From: Nannocystis pusilla
GTDB lineage: Bacteria; Myxococcota_A; Polyangia; Nannocystales; Nannocystaceae
Assembly (NCBI RefSeq): GCF_051105105.1
Contig: NZ_CP185339.1
DNA: 64,000 bases
Reading direction: 5' to 3' (one strand)
Shown: positions 41,092 through 52,931 of the stretch, one piece after another
Layout: every line of letters begins with the position of its first letter
Numbering within the stretch: the first letter of the stretch is position 1
Position numbers and translations under genes: made by a program
Notes under the pieces: generated by a model
What the model was told of the DNA's origin: nothing
What the model saw: only the letters and a program-made list of their open reading frames with translations
Database searches by the model: none

Positions 41092-43195
41092 ATGCCGACC
41101 TCGCACCGCGTCTGTCTCCTCCTCCTCGCCGCTGCTGCCTGCGACGCTCCGCCGTCGAAGGACGCGCCGAAGGTCGCCACGATCCAGGCCAAGCGCGCCC
41201 TACCGGCGGACAAGGCCGACGCCGCGCCCGCCGACGACAAGGCGCGCGACGGCAAGTCCGACGCCCCGCCCGTCATCGTCGCGGGCCCGCCTGCGTCGGA
41301 CGACATCGTCAACATGCCTGACAGCTTGACCGCGGAGAACATCCCGCCGATCCCGCGGGCCATCGCCGACGGCGTCGGCACCTACTCCGAGGCGCGCTCG
41401 GCCGCCGCGCTCGAGTGGCACCCCAAGGATCACTCGCTGCTGATCCGCACCCGCTTCGCCGAAGCGCCCCAGATCCACGAGGTCAAGATGGCGGGCGGCG
41501 ATCGCCGCCAGCTCACCTTCTTCAACGACAGCGTCGGCGGGGCCATCTATCCGCCGGTCGGCGACGGCAGCTTCTTCGTGTTGTCGAAGGACATCGGCGG
41601 CAACGAGTTCGCGCAGAACTGGCGCTTCGATCGCGCCGACGGCAAGCTCACCCTCCTCACCGACGGCGCCTCGAAGAACAGCCTCGGCCCGTGGACCCGC
41701 GGCGGCGAGAAGTTCGCCTACACCTCGACCCGGCGCAACAAGAAGGACACCGACTTCTACGTCGTCGACCCGCGCGACCCGACCACCGACAAGCTGGTCG
41801 CCGAGGTCGAGGGCGGCGGCTGGTCGCCCGCGGACTTCTCCGCCGACGGCAACCAGATCCTCGCGGAGGAGTACGTCTCGGTCAACGAGAGCTACCTGTG
41901 GCTGTTCGACCTGGCCACCGGCCAGCGCACCAAGCTGACCGAAAAGACCGGCGACGTGCCGGTCGTCTGGTCGGGCGCCAGCTTCACCGCCGACGGCAAG
42001 GGCGTCATCACCACCACCGACGGCAAGGGCGAGTTCCGCGAGCTCGTCACCCTCGACCTCGCCACCAAGCAGACCAGCCCGCTCGGCCCGCCGGTGCAGT
42101 GGGACGTCGAGAGCTTCGCCATCAGCCACGACCGCAAGAAGCTGGCCTCGATCGTCAACGAGGCCGGCGTCGATCGCCTGCGGCTGCACGACCTGCCGAG
42201 CGGGCGCGAGCGGCCGATCAAGACCCGCCTGCCGGCCGGCACCATCGGCGGCCTCAACTTCCACCCCGACGGCAAGCTGCTGGCCTTCAGCCTGTCGTCG
42301 GCGCGCTCGCCCGCCGACACCTACGTGCTCGAACGTCCAGAGCGGCGTCATCGAGCGCTGGACCGAGAGCGAGGTCGGCACCCTCAACCCCGGCACCTTC
42401 AGCGAGCCCGAGCTGGTGAAGTGGAAGAGCTTCGACGACCGCGAGATCTCCGGCTTCTACTACAAGCCCCCGGCGCGGTTCGCCGGCAAGCGCCCGGTCG
42501 TCGTCATCGTCCACGGCGGGCCCGAGGGCCAGTCGCAGCCCGGCTTCATCGCCCGCAACAACTACTACCTCGACGAGCTCGGCGTCGCCCTGCTCTACCC
42601 CAACGTGCGCGGCTCGACCGGCTACGGCAAGACCTTCGTGAGGCTCGACAACGGCGCCAAGCGCGAGGACTCGGTCAAGGACCTCGGGGCCGCGCTCGAC
42701 TGGATCGCCAGCCAGCCCGATCTCGACGCCGATCGCATCATGATCATGGGCGGCTCGTACGGCGGCTACATGACCCTGGCCGCCTCGGTCCACTTCGCCG
42801 ACCGGATCCGCTGCGCCGTCGACATCGTCGGCATCAGCAACTTCGTCACCTTCCTCGAGAACACCGAGGCTTACCGCCGCGACCTCCGCCGCGTCGAGTA
42901 CGGCGACGAGCGCGACCCGGAGATGCGCAAGAAGCTGCTCGAGATCTCGCCCCTCACCCGCGCCGCCGAGATCAAGAAGCCGCTGTTCGTCATCCAAGGC
43001 AAGAACGACCCGCGCGTGCCGGCCAGCGAGGCGCACCAGATCGTCGCCACCCTCAAGCAGGGCGGCACGCCGGTGTGGTACCTCGAGGGCAAGGACGAGG
43101 GCCACGGCTTCCAGAAGAAGCGCAATCAGGACTACCAGATGTACGCCACGATCCTGTTCATGAAGAAGTTCCTGCTCGACGGGATGGGCGAATGA
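41092..43195 (+). CDS. S9 family prolyl oligopeptidase-type serine peptidase lipoprotein (1-nt frameshift near 42332)
   Basis: MPTSHRVCLLLLAAAAC lipobox and an N-terminal beta-propeller (TolB/PD40-like). The catalytic domain with GGSYGG nucleophile elbow is in ORF 42416..43195. They join at TYVLD/VQSGVIERW after removing one base in ctcgaacgtc. Confidence 0.75.
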
Positions 43196-44049
43196 GCGGC
43201 GACAACTCGCAGATGATCGCCGACTGGAACGGCCGCGTCGGCGAGGGCTGGCGCGTCCACCAGGAGCGGCTCGACGACATGATGGCCGCCTACGGCGAGG
43301 CCGTGCTGCGGGCCGCCGCGGCGCGCCCCGGCGAGCGCGTGCTCGACATCGGCTGCGGCGCCGGCGACACCGCGCTGGCCCTGGCGCGCGCGGTCCAGCC
43401 CGGCGGCGCGGTCGTCGGCGTCGACGTGTCCTCGCCCCTGCTCGAGCGCGCCCGCGAGCGGGCCGCCGCGGCGGGCCTCGACCTCGAGCTCCGCCACGCC
43501 GACGCCAGCGTCGCCGACCTCGGCCCCGGCGCCTACGACCTGCTGTTCTCGCGCTTCGGCGTGATGTTCTTCGCCGACCCGGTCGCCGCCTTCACCCACC
43601 TGCGGGCCGCGGCGCGCCCCGGCGCCCGCCTCGTGTTCGTGTGCTGGCGCGCGGCCGCCGACAACGACTGGGTCGTGCTGCCGCAACGAGCGCTGCGAGA
43701 CGTCGTCCCGCCGCTGCCGCCGCCCGACCCGGAGGCGCCCGGTCCGTTCTCGTTCGGCGCCCGCGAGCGGGTCGAGCGGATCCTCGGCGCCGCCGGCTTC
43801 CACGCCGTCTCGATCGCCCCGTTCGACGCCCCGCTGCGGTTCGGCCGCGGCGACACGCCCGAAGCCGCGGTCGACGACGCAGTCGCCCAGGCCCTCGACG
43901 TCGGCCCCGTCTCGCGCCTGCTCGCCGGCCAGCCCGACGACGTGCGCGCGCGCGGGCTCGCGGCGGTGCGCGCCGCCTTCGCCGCGCACGCCGGGCCGAC
44001 CGGGGTGATCATCCGCGGCGCCGCCTGGATCGTCACGGCGCAGGTCTGA
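43192..44049 (+). CDS. class I SAM-dependent methyltransferase
   Basis: ATGA start/stop overlap with the S9 peptidase gene. Motif I is VLDIGCGAGDTALAL. Confidence 0.75.
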   Translation: MSGDNSQMIADWNGRVGEGWRVHQERLDDMMAAYGEAVLRAAAARPGERVLDIGCGAGDTALALARAVQPGGAVVGVDVSSPLLERARERAAAAGLDLELRHADASVADLGPGAYDLLFSRFGVMFFADPVAAFTHLRAAARPGARLVFVCWRAAADNDWVVLPQRALRDVVPPLPPPDPEAPGPFSFGARERVERILGAAGFHAVSIAPFDAPLRFGRGDTPEAAVDDAVAQALDVGPVSRLLAGQPDDVRARGLAAVRAAFAAHAGPTGVIIRGAAWIVTAQV

Positions 44050-44057
44050 TCAAGAGT

Positions 44058-44083
44058 GAGACATGTCCTCGAGGACATGTCTC
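44058..44083. repeat. perfect 26-bp palindrome GAGACATGTCCTCGAGGACATGTCTC (REP-like) between convergent genes
   Basis: Self-complementary over the full length. It contains two GGACATGTC cores. Confidence 0.8.
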
Positions 44084-44092
44084 ACCATTGAC

Positions 44093-44674
44093 TCACACGC
44101 ACTGGTTGTTCTCGCAGCTCATCAGGTCCATGCAGTCCTTGGCGAACTCGCACGGGTCGAACTCGTTGCCGTCGTAGCACTTGCCGTACACGCAGTGCTT
44201 CGAGCCCTCGGCGCAGTCGGTGTCGGTCTTGCAGGGGTCGCCCTCGCTGCCGTCGTAGCAGGCGGCCATGATGCAGCGCGGCGCGGCGGCGCTGCACTCC
44301 TCGTGGAACTCGCACGGGTCGCCCTCGCTGCCGTCGTGGCACTCGCCGAACACGCAGAACGGCGCGGAGTCCGGGCAGTCGGCGATGAACTGGCACGCCT
44401 GCCCCTCGGTCTCCGCGGGCGGGGCGCCGGTGGTCATCTCGCCGGTGGTCGTCGCCGGCCCGGTCGTGCCCTCGCCGGTCGTCGACGTCGTCGGCACCGC
44501 GCTGGTCCCCGTGGTCGTGGTCGTGCTCGTGCCGGTGGTCGTGCCGGTCTCCATGATCGGCACCATCGGCCCCGGCTCGGTGTCGCCGTCGGTGACGGCC
44601 ACTCCTTGCTTCTCCTTCTCACCGCAGGACGCCGTGAGCGCCACGGCGAGGTACAGGACGACGTTGGCACGCAT
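44093..44674 (-). CDS. Cys-rich secreted lipoprotein with three CxDxxPFCVFGECHDGSEGDPCEF-type repeats
   Basis: Start at 44674 (MRANVVLYLAVALTASC lipobox). A Thr/Gly linker precedes three tandem about 38-aa Cys-rich repeats. Confidence 0.6.
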   Translation of the reverse strand: MRANVVLYLAVALTASCGEKEKQGVAVTDGDTEPGPMVPIMETGTTTGTSTTTTTGTSAVPTTSTTGEGTTGPATTTGEMTTGAPPAETEGQACQFIADCPDSAPFCVFGECHDGSEGDPCEFHEECSAAAPRCIMAACYDGSEGDPCKTDTDCAEGSKHCVYGKCYDGNEFDPCEFAKDCMDLMSCENNQCV

Positions 44675-44936
44675 GATCGATCGGAAAGATGGCGACGGTC
44701 GGCCGGGCGGCACCTCAATTTCCATTGATGTGACACGAACGACGTTCGTCGAGCGGAGCCCGCCAAACGGTCATCGGCGCGTCATTTCGGGAAAATTCGG
44801 CCGCGCCCGCGAGCGGCGGCGCGCCGTGATCGCGGCCACGGCCCCTGCCCACATTCGCGGTCAATGCATGCACTCGCCGCCCCCGCCCGCGGAGACTGCT
44901 CATGGGCGCGCCGCCCGAAGGGCGACCTGGCCTGGC

Positions 44937-46769
44937 TCAGCGCAGGCGGTGCTCGAGCCGCTGCGCGGTGTCCTCGAGGACGGCGCGGTGCTCGGCCGGG
45001 ACGAACTCGATCTGGCGGCGCAGGTACGGCAGGAGCTCCGAGTTGGGCAGCTCGCTGATGGCGGTGCTGGCGACCTTGACGAACGGCTGCTCGCCCTCGC
45101 GGAGGCGGTCGCACAGGAAGTCGAGCGCCTCGACGCTGCCGATCTTGCCGATCGCGGTCAGGGCGGCCTTGCGGGCCGCCTCCGGGTCGGGCAGGTCGCG
45201 GGCCTCGAAGATCCGGCGCAGCGGCTCGAACGCGTGGGGGAACACCAGCCGCTCGACCGAGGCCGCCGCGGCCTTGCGGACCGGCGCGCTCGGGTCGCGC
45301 AGCGCCTGCGACACCAGGCCGAAGCTGCGCTTGAAGCGGAGCGCCCCCATCGCCGCCGCCACCGACTCGCGCAGCGACGCGTCGCCGTGGCGGTACATCG
45401 CCTCGAGGCCGGCGATGACCGGGTAGGCGCGGACCACCGCCAGGCTCTTGACGATCTCGAGCGGCGGCACCGCCTGCCCGCGGCGCTCGAGCTCGAGCAC
45501 CAGCAACAGCGCGTGGCGGCGCACGTAGTCGGGGAAGCGGCGGTCGGCCATCACGCCGGCGGCCACCAGGGCCGGGTCGCCGCCGAGCTCCCACTCGGCC
45601 AGGTCGACGTACCAGACCTCTTCGTAGTCGGGCAGCTGGCGCAGGAACTCGGGCACCGGCATCGGCCGCGGCGCGTCCTGGGGCCCGTCGCCGAGGCGAC
45701 GGATCAGCCGCAGCGCGCGCTCGCGGTTCTTCGCCGGCAGGTCGAGCGTGGTGATCTTGCGGTACGACTCGGCGACCTGGCGGAACGCCCGCACCGACGC
45801 GAACGCCTCGGCCGCGGCCAGGCACGCGTTCTCGATGATCTGCGGCGGGTGGCCGGCCGCCAGCGCCTCGGTCGCCGCCTTGATCCACGCCTCCGCGCTG
45901 CGCCAGCGCAGGTCGTCGGCGTACGGCAGCCCCGAGCGGGTGCAGTAGTCGGCGGCCTCGCGCAGGATCGACGCCACCGCGTGGAACTCGCCGGCCTCGC
46001 GGGCCATGGCGATGAACGTCTCGTACAGGCGCAGCGCGTCGAGCTTGAGCCCGTCGTCGCGGAGGATCCGGACGCTGTTGAGGTAGCCCTCGGCCACGTT
46101 CTCGAACGCCCGCGTCTCCGAGCCGAGGCGGGCGATCAGCTGGTAGCAGTCGAACGCGCGCTCGCGCAGGCCCTCGCTCTCGAACGCGTCGGCGACCTCC
46201 TCGACGCTGGTGGTCGCGTCGGCGATGGCCTGGCGGGCGCGCTCGTGGCCGAGGCGGCGCAGGCACAGCGCGTAGTTGATCTTCATCAGCGCGCGCTCGT
46301 AGTCGCGGTCGACCAGCGCGTCGCCGGCGAGCATGCGGGCCCACAGCTGCGAGGCGGCCGCGTCGTCGCCGGCGCGCTCGAGCGCGATCGCCCGGTGCAC
46401 CGGCATCCCGCCGAGCTCGAACCACGAGGCCGCCGGGCGGTGCTGGCCGGCGCGCGACAGATAGATCGCGTACAGGCGCACCGTGCGGATCGCGTCGGCG
46501 TCGCCGGCCTGGGCCCGCTGCGCGTACAGCCGCATGATGTCGGGCCCCGGCATCTCGCGCGCGCCGAGGTACGACAGGCAGGCCATGCCCTCGCCCCAGT
46601 TGCCGGTCGCGCGCAGCGAGTCGACGTAGGCGCGCAGCCACTCCTCGTACTCGAAGTCGATGCGGTCGACCACCTGGACCAGCTGGCGCAGGTAGATCTG
46701 GGCGTCGGCGTGGCGGCCGGCCCGCAGCGCCCCCTCGGCGCGGATCCACAGCACGTTGGTGTCGATCAC
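44937..46769 (-). CDS. HEAT/PBS-lyase-type repeat protein, last gene of MoxR-vWA operon
   Basis: GTG start at 46769 with GGAGG 7 nt upstream (MIDTNVLWIRAEG). C-terminal HEAT-like repeats include DPSAPVRKAAAASV and DPEAARKAALTAIGKIG. The start overlaps the vWA gene stop. Confidence 0.6.
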   Translation of the reverse strand: MIDTNVLWIRAEGALRAGRHADAQIYLRQLVQVVDRIDFEYEEWLRAYVDSLRATGNWGEGMACLSYLGAREMPGPDIMRLYAQRAQAGDADAIRTVRLYAIYLSRAGQHRPAASWFELGGMPVHRAIALERAGDDAAASQLWARMLAGDALVDRDYERALMKINYALCLRRLGHERARQAIADATTSVEEVADAFESEGLRERAFDCYQLIARLGSETRAFENVAEGYLNSVRILRDDGLKLDALRLYETFIAMAREAGEFHAVASILREAADYCTRSGLPYADDLRWRSAEAWIKAATEALAAGHPPQIIENACLAAAEAFASVRAFRQVAESYRKITTLDLPAKNRERALRLIRRLGDGPQDAPRPMPVPEFLRQLPDYEEVWYVDLAEWELGGDPALVAAGVMADRRFPDYVRRHALLLVLELERRGQAVPPLEIVKSLAVVRAYPVIAGLEAMYRHGDASLRESVAAAMGALRFKRSFGLVSQALRDPSAPVRKAAAASVERLVFPHAFEPLRRIFEARDLPDPEAARKAALTAIGKIGSVEALDFLCDRLREGEQPFVKVASTAISELPNSELLPYLRRQIEFVPAEHRAVLEDTAQRLEHRLR

Positions 46770-48367
46770 CGCCGCCTCCGCCCCTGTCCCTTCAACCCTG
46801 TCCCGACGGACATGGTCTTCGGGGCACCAGTCTTGCGCCGGGTCGTCTGGGCCTGGCGATGGCCGGCCTCGACGTCGCTGATGATCTGGCGGGCGCGCTG
46901 GGCCCTTCGGCCGTGGCTTATCGCCTGGTCGTCGATCACGTGCACGCGGTAGAACAGGTCGAGGTAGCCGAGGTCGAGCACGCCCGAGCTCGGCAGGATG
47001 AACACCCCGTAGATCGGCGCGCGCGCGGCCAGGGCGGCGACGTCGTCGGGCGGCAGCTGGCACTCGCCGTGCGTCAGCAGGTAGACCAGCACCTTGCCGC
47101 CGCCGCCCCCGCCCGAGCGGCGCGGGGCCGACAGCTCGGCGTTGATCTGGCGGATCACGCGGGCGTAGTTGCGGCCGTGCTCGGCGCGGAACTGCAGCAC
47201 ATAGGGCACCTCGGCGTGGCCCTGGGCGCCGACCTTGACGCCCTCGTACAGGCGGCTGTCGAAGAAGCGCAGGATCACGTGCTCGCCGAGCAGCGCCAGC
47301 CGCTTACACAGCGCCAGCGCCAGGCCGCGGGCGAACACCTCCCGCACCCCGCGCATCGACGCCGAGCCGTCGACCAGCACGTAGTGGGTGCGGTGCTCGT
47401 TCTCGACCTGCTTCTCGTGGGTGAAGTAGAACAGCTCGTCGTCGATGAACTTCTGTTCGAAGATGTCTTCGTCGTAGGCGAGCTGCGACAGCTCGAGGTC
47501 GTCGACCCCGCCGAAGCGCTCGATGGACGCGTAGCCGTCGATCGAGAACACCTGCTGGCCGGCCTCGCGCTTGACCTCGAGGATCGACGGCAGGAGCTCC
47601 ATCGAGAAGTCGATCACGTCGGCCAGCGCCGGGCTGACCATCACGTTGTAGAGGTCGGCCAGGTCGACGCCCGCGGCCGCCTCGCCGGGCCCGCCGCGGA
47701 ACAGGCCGAACAGGCGCAGCGCGTCGACGTCGATCTGCTCGACCGCCAGCAGCGGCAGCAGCCGGTGGGTCGTCAGCGTCTGCAGCCACGCGATCGTCTG
47801 CCGCTGGTCGTAGCGGGTGTACGCCGAGCTCGGCTCGACCTTCGCGTAGTGGACCGCGTCGACCGGCAGCTCGATCGGCCGCAGCACCCGCACGTCGTCG
47901 GGCAGCTGCGGGACCACCGGCGCGAACACCCGCGCCAGGACCACGCCGATCATCTGGTCGCGGTGCTTCCAGCCGGCCTGCGCGCGCACCAGGTCGCTCT
48001 CGCCGAGCTCGACGAGCAGCCCGCGCCAGGCCTCGCACAGCTCCGACTCGGCGATGCCCTTGACCACCGGGCCAGGGCCGCCCAGGCCCGTGATGAGACA
48101 GCCGAGGTCGTGCAGGATCACCAGCGGCACGGCCACGCCGAGGCGCGCCAGGATCCCCTGCCACACCAGCGCGCGCATCATCGCCAGCGCGCCGGCGCCG
48201 TCGATCTGCGACAGCGCCAGGCTGCCGACCTGGCGCTCGAGCTCGGCCACGTTGGGCGTCACCCGCGGCGCCTGGGCCTGGCCGCCCGCGGCGGGCCGCG
48301 ACGTCCGCGGCGCCGGGGCCTGAGGCGGGGCCGCGCGCGGCGGCGGGGGCTTGCGGACGTCGGCCAT
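46766..48367 (-). CDS. von Willebrand factor A (vWA) domain protein, MoxR partner
   Basis: C-terminal vWA with MIDAS motif (HYVLVDGSASMRG). The start lies 16 nt after the MoxR stop with a GAGGTG SD. Confidence 0.7.
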   Translation of the reverse strand: MADVRKPPPPRAAPPQAPAPRTSRPAAGGQAQAPRVTPNVAELERQVGSLALSQIDGAGALAMMRALVWQGILARLGVAVPLVILHDLGCLITGLGGPGPVVKGIAESELCEAWRGLLVELGESDLVRAQAGWKHRDQMIGVVLARVFAPVVPQLPDDVRVLRPIELPVDAVHYAKVEPSSAYTRYDQRQTIAWLQTLTTHRLLPLLAVEQIDVDALRLFGLFRGGPGEAAAGVDLADLYNVMVSPALADVIDFSMELLPSILEVKREAGQQVFSIDGYASIERFGGVDDLELSQLAYDEDIFEQKFIDDELFYFTHEKQVENEHRTHYVLVDGSASMRGVREVFARGLALALCKRLALLGEHVILRFFDSRLYEGVKVGAQGHAEVPYVLQFRAEHGRNYARVIRQINAELSAPRRSGGGGGGKVLVYLLTHGECQLPPDDVAALAARAPIYGVFILPSSGVLDLGYLDLFYRVHVIDDQAISHGRRAQRARQIISDVEAGHRQAQTTRRKTGAPKTMSVGTGLKGQGRRRR

Positions 48368-48383
48368 AAAAGGCGGGCACCTC

Positions 48384-49572
48384 TTACGCGAAGCGGCTCG
48401 ACGCGAACATCGTCTCGAGCAGCTTGTCGACCTCGCCGACCATGCGCTGGGCCGTCGGGCTGTCCTGCATGCGCAGCAGCGCCGCCTTGATGTCGCCGAG
48501 GTTGCGCAGCTGGCTGAACAGCTGCATGTCCGACAGCACCTGGCTGCCGGTGAGCGTCTCGCGGATGACCCGCAGCTCCTCGAGCAGGTCCTGCAGGCTC
48601 GTCGGCGTCGCGCCGATCCGGCCGTGGTCGGGGTGCGACTCGTACCAGCGGTCGAGCACCGGGCCGACGATCTCCTGGAGAATCTCCTCCTGCTCCGGCG
48701 TGTTCCACACGTGGCGGAGGATGAACAGGTCGGCGTCGGTCACGTGGTCGCGGCCGTCGAACAGCGCCGAGCTGGCGAACACCTTGAGCAGCTTGACCAC
48801 GCGGCGGTCGGACAGGCCGATGCCCTCCGAGCGGATCTGGAACACCATGCCCTTGAAGGTGGTGAGGAACTCCTCGCTCATCTTCACGTGCGAGCCGAAG
48901 TCGCGCTGGATCGTCAGCAGCTCGGCCGCGGTCGCCACCTTGCGCCCGACCTGCTGGTCGGCCATCTGCTGCACCTCGAGCTGGATGCCCTTCTGCAGCA
49001 GGCCGCGGAAGTGATAGCTGTCGAGGTAGTCGCAGCGCACGCGCAGCAGGAAGCGGTCGAAGATCGCCGACAGCGCCTCGTCGGTCGGCACCTCGTTGCT
49101 GGCCGCGAAGAGGCTGATGAGCGGCACCCGCACCGTGCTGGTGCCGTGGGTGAAGCGGCGCGCGTTGACCAGCGTGAGCAGGCTGTTCAAGATGGCGCTG
49201 TTGGCCTTGAAGATCTCGTCGAGGAACACGACCTCGGCCTCGGGCAGCATCTTCTCGATGCGCCGGCGGTACGTGCCCTGGCGGAACGCCTGGATGTCGA
49301 CCGGGCCGAAGATCTCGTTGGGCTCGGTGAAGCGGGTCAGCAGGTAGTCGAAGAAGCGGGCGTCGATCACCTGCGCGAACGCGCGGACGATCGCGCTCTT
49401 GGCGGTGCCGGGCGGCCCGACCATCACCATGTGTTCGCCGGCCAGGGCCGAGATGAAGAGGAGGCGGATGATCTCCTCCTTGCCGAGGAACTGCTGCTCG
49501 AGCTGGCGCGCCCCGTCCTGCAGGCGGCGGGCGAGGTCGCTGATCGAGAAGGTGGCCGGGGTGGTGCTCATG
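48384..49572 (-). CDS. MoxR-family AAA+ ATPase
   Basis: Start MSTTPATFSISDLARRL at 49572. Walker A is GPPGTAKS and Walker B is VVFLDEIFKANSAILNSLL. The length (396 aa) is typical of MoxR. Confidence 0.85.
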
Positions 49573-49573
49573 G

Positions 49574-52410
49574 CTATTTTTCGGCTTTTACGACGCGCGG
49601 GACGAGCGTCGCCAGGAGATTTTCGACGACCGAGCGCGGGATGAGCTCGCCGAGATGATCGATATACTCGATCCAGCGCCGCTCCACTTGCGCGTCGAAG
49701 CCGAGGCTGGCGGCCCCGCCGAGCGGCGAGCCCAGCACGTCCCCCAGCGCGGGCAGCAGGAGCGGCAGCGCCAGGAACATCTGCACCGGCCGGTCGCGGC
49801 TGGTGGGCGCGACGCCGAGCCGGGCGCCGAGGTCGAGCACGCGGAGGAAATGGACGTGGATGAGGGCCGCGACCAGGGCCGCGACGTCTTCGGGCCCGGC
49901 GCTGTCGGCGGGGGCCGGCAGGGCGAGCATCGGCCGGGCGCCGGCGGTCTGCGCGCCCGTCGCTCCCGCCGACGGCGTCGGCCCCGACAGCGGGCGGCCC
50001 GTCAGCGAGAACAGGAGCGAGCCGAGGACGGTGCCGCCGATCTCGATCCAGTGCCGCGACGACGCCCACGCGTGGCAGACCGCGCGGGCGAACGCGCGGT
50101 GCCGCAGGAAGCTCGCCCCCTCGAGCGGGCTGTAGCCCGGCGGGGCCAGCAACGGGCGCAGGAGGCAGGTCACCGGGCTGGCCCAAAGGACATCTTGCAG
50201 CAGCGCCGAGACCTCGGCCGCGTGCGCGGTCGACCACCAGTTGACCGTCTCCTCGCGCACCGACAGCGCCCCCGGCACCGTCCAGCGCAGGCGCCTGCGC
50301 GGGATCTCCTGGCCGACGAAGCGCAGCTCGCCCTCGGCGCCGCTTAGGATCTGGTCGCGGCGGAGCAGCTCCAAGAACGCCCCCACCGCCGCGTGGTCGG
50401 CCAGCGCCGCCGAGAAGCCCTCGGGCCGGCTGAACAGCAGCCAGTAGCGGGCGGCCGACTCGACCCGCCGCCACGTCGCCTGGCGGGCCCACACGCGGCT
50501 GCGGTCGGGGTGGTCGAGCACGAGCAGGTTGTAGAGCGCCACCCACAGCGCCAGCTCCTCGGCCCCCGGCTCGTGCAGGTCGGGCTCGGCCACCAGCTGC
50601 TGCGCGCGCTGCAGGCGGAGCGCCGCGACCTCGCTGGTGCGCAGCGTCGCCAGCTCGCCGGACATCGCCCGGAAGTCCGCCGGCCGCACCGGCGCGGCCA
50701 CGTGGACCGTCCCGCCCCCGAGCAGGGGCGCCACGAAGCGCGCGCAGAACTCGCCGAGGTTCCGGGTCACGACTCTCGTCCCGGCGGCAGCTCCGGCGTC
50801 CCGCTGGTCTCCTCGACCGCGGGCCGGCCCCCGCGCCCCGCCTCGCCGAAGCCCCACAGCGCGAACCGGCCGAGCCGCTCGTTGAGCAGCGTCGCCGGCC
50901 CCGACGTCGGCGAGTCCGACGGGCTCGCCTCGATCACCGCCAGCTCGAGCCGGCTCATCATCGCCGCGTCGAGCGGCGCCAGGTGGTCGGGCCGCAGGCG
51001 CAGCGGGCTCTGATCTGTCCCGAGGAACAGGGCGTGATCGGCCGCCTCGAGCCCCAGCAGCTCGCGCACCAGCTGCGGGCGCACGTGCGGCCACAGCTCG
51101 AACCCGTCGGGCACCAGCACCCCGGGCGCGACCTCGACGATGCGCATCCCCAGCGGGATGATCGCCGCCGCGCCGACCCCCGCCGCCAGCCCGGCCGTGC
51201 CGCCGAGCGACGACCCGGTCAGCACCAGCATCCCTTGCGGCAGCACCGCCAGCCGCGCCGCCGCCAGCGCCATCGGCGGGATCAGATAAATCAAGCGCCG
51301 CAAAAGGCCCGCCTGCTCCCAGCGGATCAGCGCCCCGCGCGGCTCGCGGATCGACGCCGTCGGCCGCAGCCGCAGCTCGACCTTGAGCGCCTGCACCGCG
51401 GTGCCGCGGGCGTCGCCCGGCTCGTGTGCGCGCGCGGCCACGTCGCTGCGCACGAGGTGGGCCCCGTCGATGAACTGCGGCGCCCCGTCGAGCCGCTCGA
51501 CCCGGCCGACGCGGCCGCGGAACAGATACATCTCGTCGCCCGGCAGGCACGACGACGCCGACGCCAGGTGGATCGGGTGGCGGTACCCGATCTCGACCGC
51601 CGCCCGCTGCGACACCGGGGCCAGCAGCTCGACGCCCGGGATCCCGTGCAGCACGTCGAGCACCTGCCCGCTCGGCTGGCGCAGCCGCAGCAGCAGGCTG
51701 GCCCGCCGCTCGCCGGCCAGCGCCACGCGGACCCCCGCGAGCGGCACCTGGTTGCCCCACAGGTAGCTCAGGATCCTGTCCGAAAGGCCAGGTGCCACCA
51801 GCACCAGGGCGATCTCGTGCAGCCCGCACAGCTGCGGATCGGAGACGATGCCCGCGATCGGCAGCGGGATCTGGCGCAGCGACAGCCGCTGGATCAGCTC
51901 GACGGGGTCGAGCCGGTCGAGCGCGCGGTAGCGCGCCGTGACGTCGTGGTCGACCACCACGACCTCCTCGGGGCTGGCGGCGGTCGTCGTCCCGCCGGCG
52001 AGGTCGTAGCCGAACGGGGCCATGCGGTCGCGGTAGCGGACGAACACGGTGCCGCTGCCGGTGAACAGCTGCCCGTGGACCGCCAGCGACAGCCGGGCCA
52101 GGCGGTCGAGCACGTAGCTGTCGGCCCCGGCGCAGCGCATCAGCAGCGCATGACCGCCGCCGTCGCGGCGGGCCCGCTCGATCGTCATCGTCGGGATCAG
52201 CTCGTCGAGGCTGCACTCCTCGCTGTACGCGCCGAGGAACGCCACCAGGCGGTCGAGCGACGGGAACGTCACCAGCGTCTCGCGCCCGCACGCCACCCCG
52301 CGAGCGTCCGGCGCCAGACCCTGGAGATGAAAGCGCGTCTGTCCGGCGGCGATCGGCTCGAGCAGGGCGGGCATCGGGACCGGGAGTGTAGCCGCTCCCC
52401 TCGGGACCAT
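49574..52410 (-). CDS. large (about 945 aa) conserved hypothetical protein, first gene of MoxR-vWA operon (1-nt frameshift near 50780); candidate effector/VMAP-like component
   Basis: The N-terminal 540 aa are in ORF 50767..52410 and contain a GxSxG-like GSSLGG element. The C-terminal about 400 aa are in the 49574..52507 frame. The stop is 1 nt from the MoxR start. No recognised domain. Confidence 0.5.
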
Positions 52411-52931
52411 CTACGGCGTCGTTTCGGCCGCCAGCCCGCGCGTGCAGCGGGATCGCGCTCGCCGCCGTGACGCCGACGACAGCCCGGACCGCGACCGCCT
52501 TCCTCAACGCGGGCCCACGACCACGAGCGAGCGCCTGCAGTCCCCGACATCGGCGTCGCCCGACGCATCCGCCTCACGAGCCTCGTCGAGACCGCGAGCC
52601 CGCATCGATCTTCGCGGGCCCGAGATTCCCCGCCTCGTCCTCGGACATGGGCGCCCACCCGACGGAGGCGCCGACGAGCCGCGCCTGATCGGACCGACGC
52701 GCCATCGAGGCCCTGCGCGGCTCGCGACGGCTCGCGGCCGATCGCCCGCGCACCCGACCCCTCGGCCCACTCGATCCGAAAAGCCGTGCGCGGCTCGCCC
52801 CGACGCCTCGGCCGCCCCGCCTGCCGGGCGCTCGCGGCCCTCCGCCCGCGCCCCGAAAACCTCGCCGTCGTCGCCCCTGAGGCCCGCAGGAGCCCGCGCG
52901 CGGCCTCCGGGCGTGTTAGCATGGCGGTTGC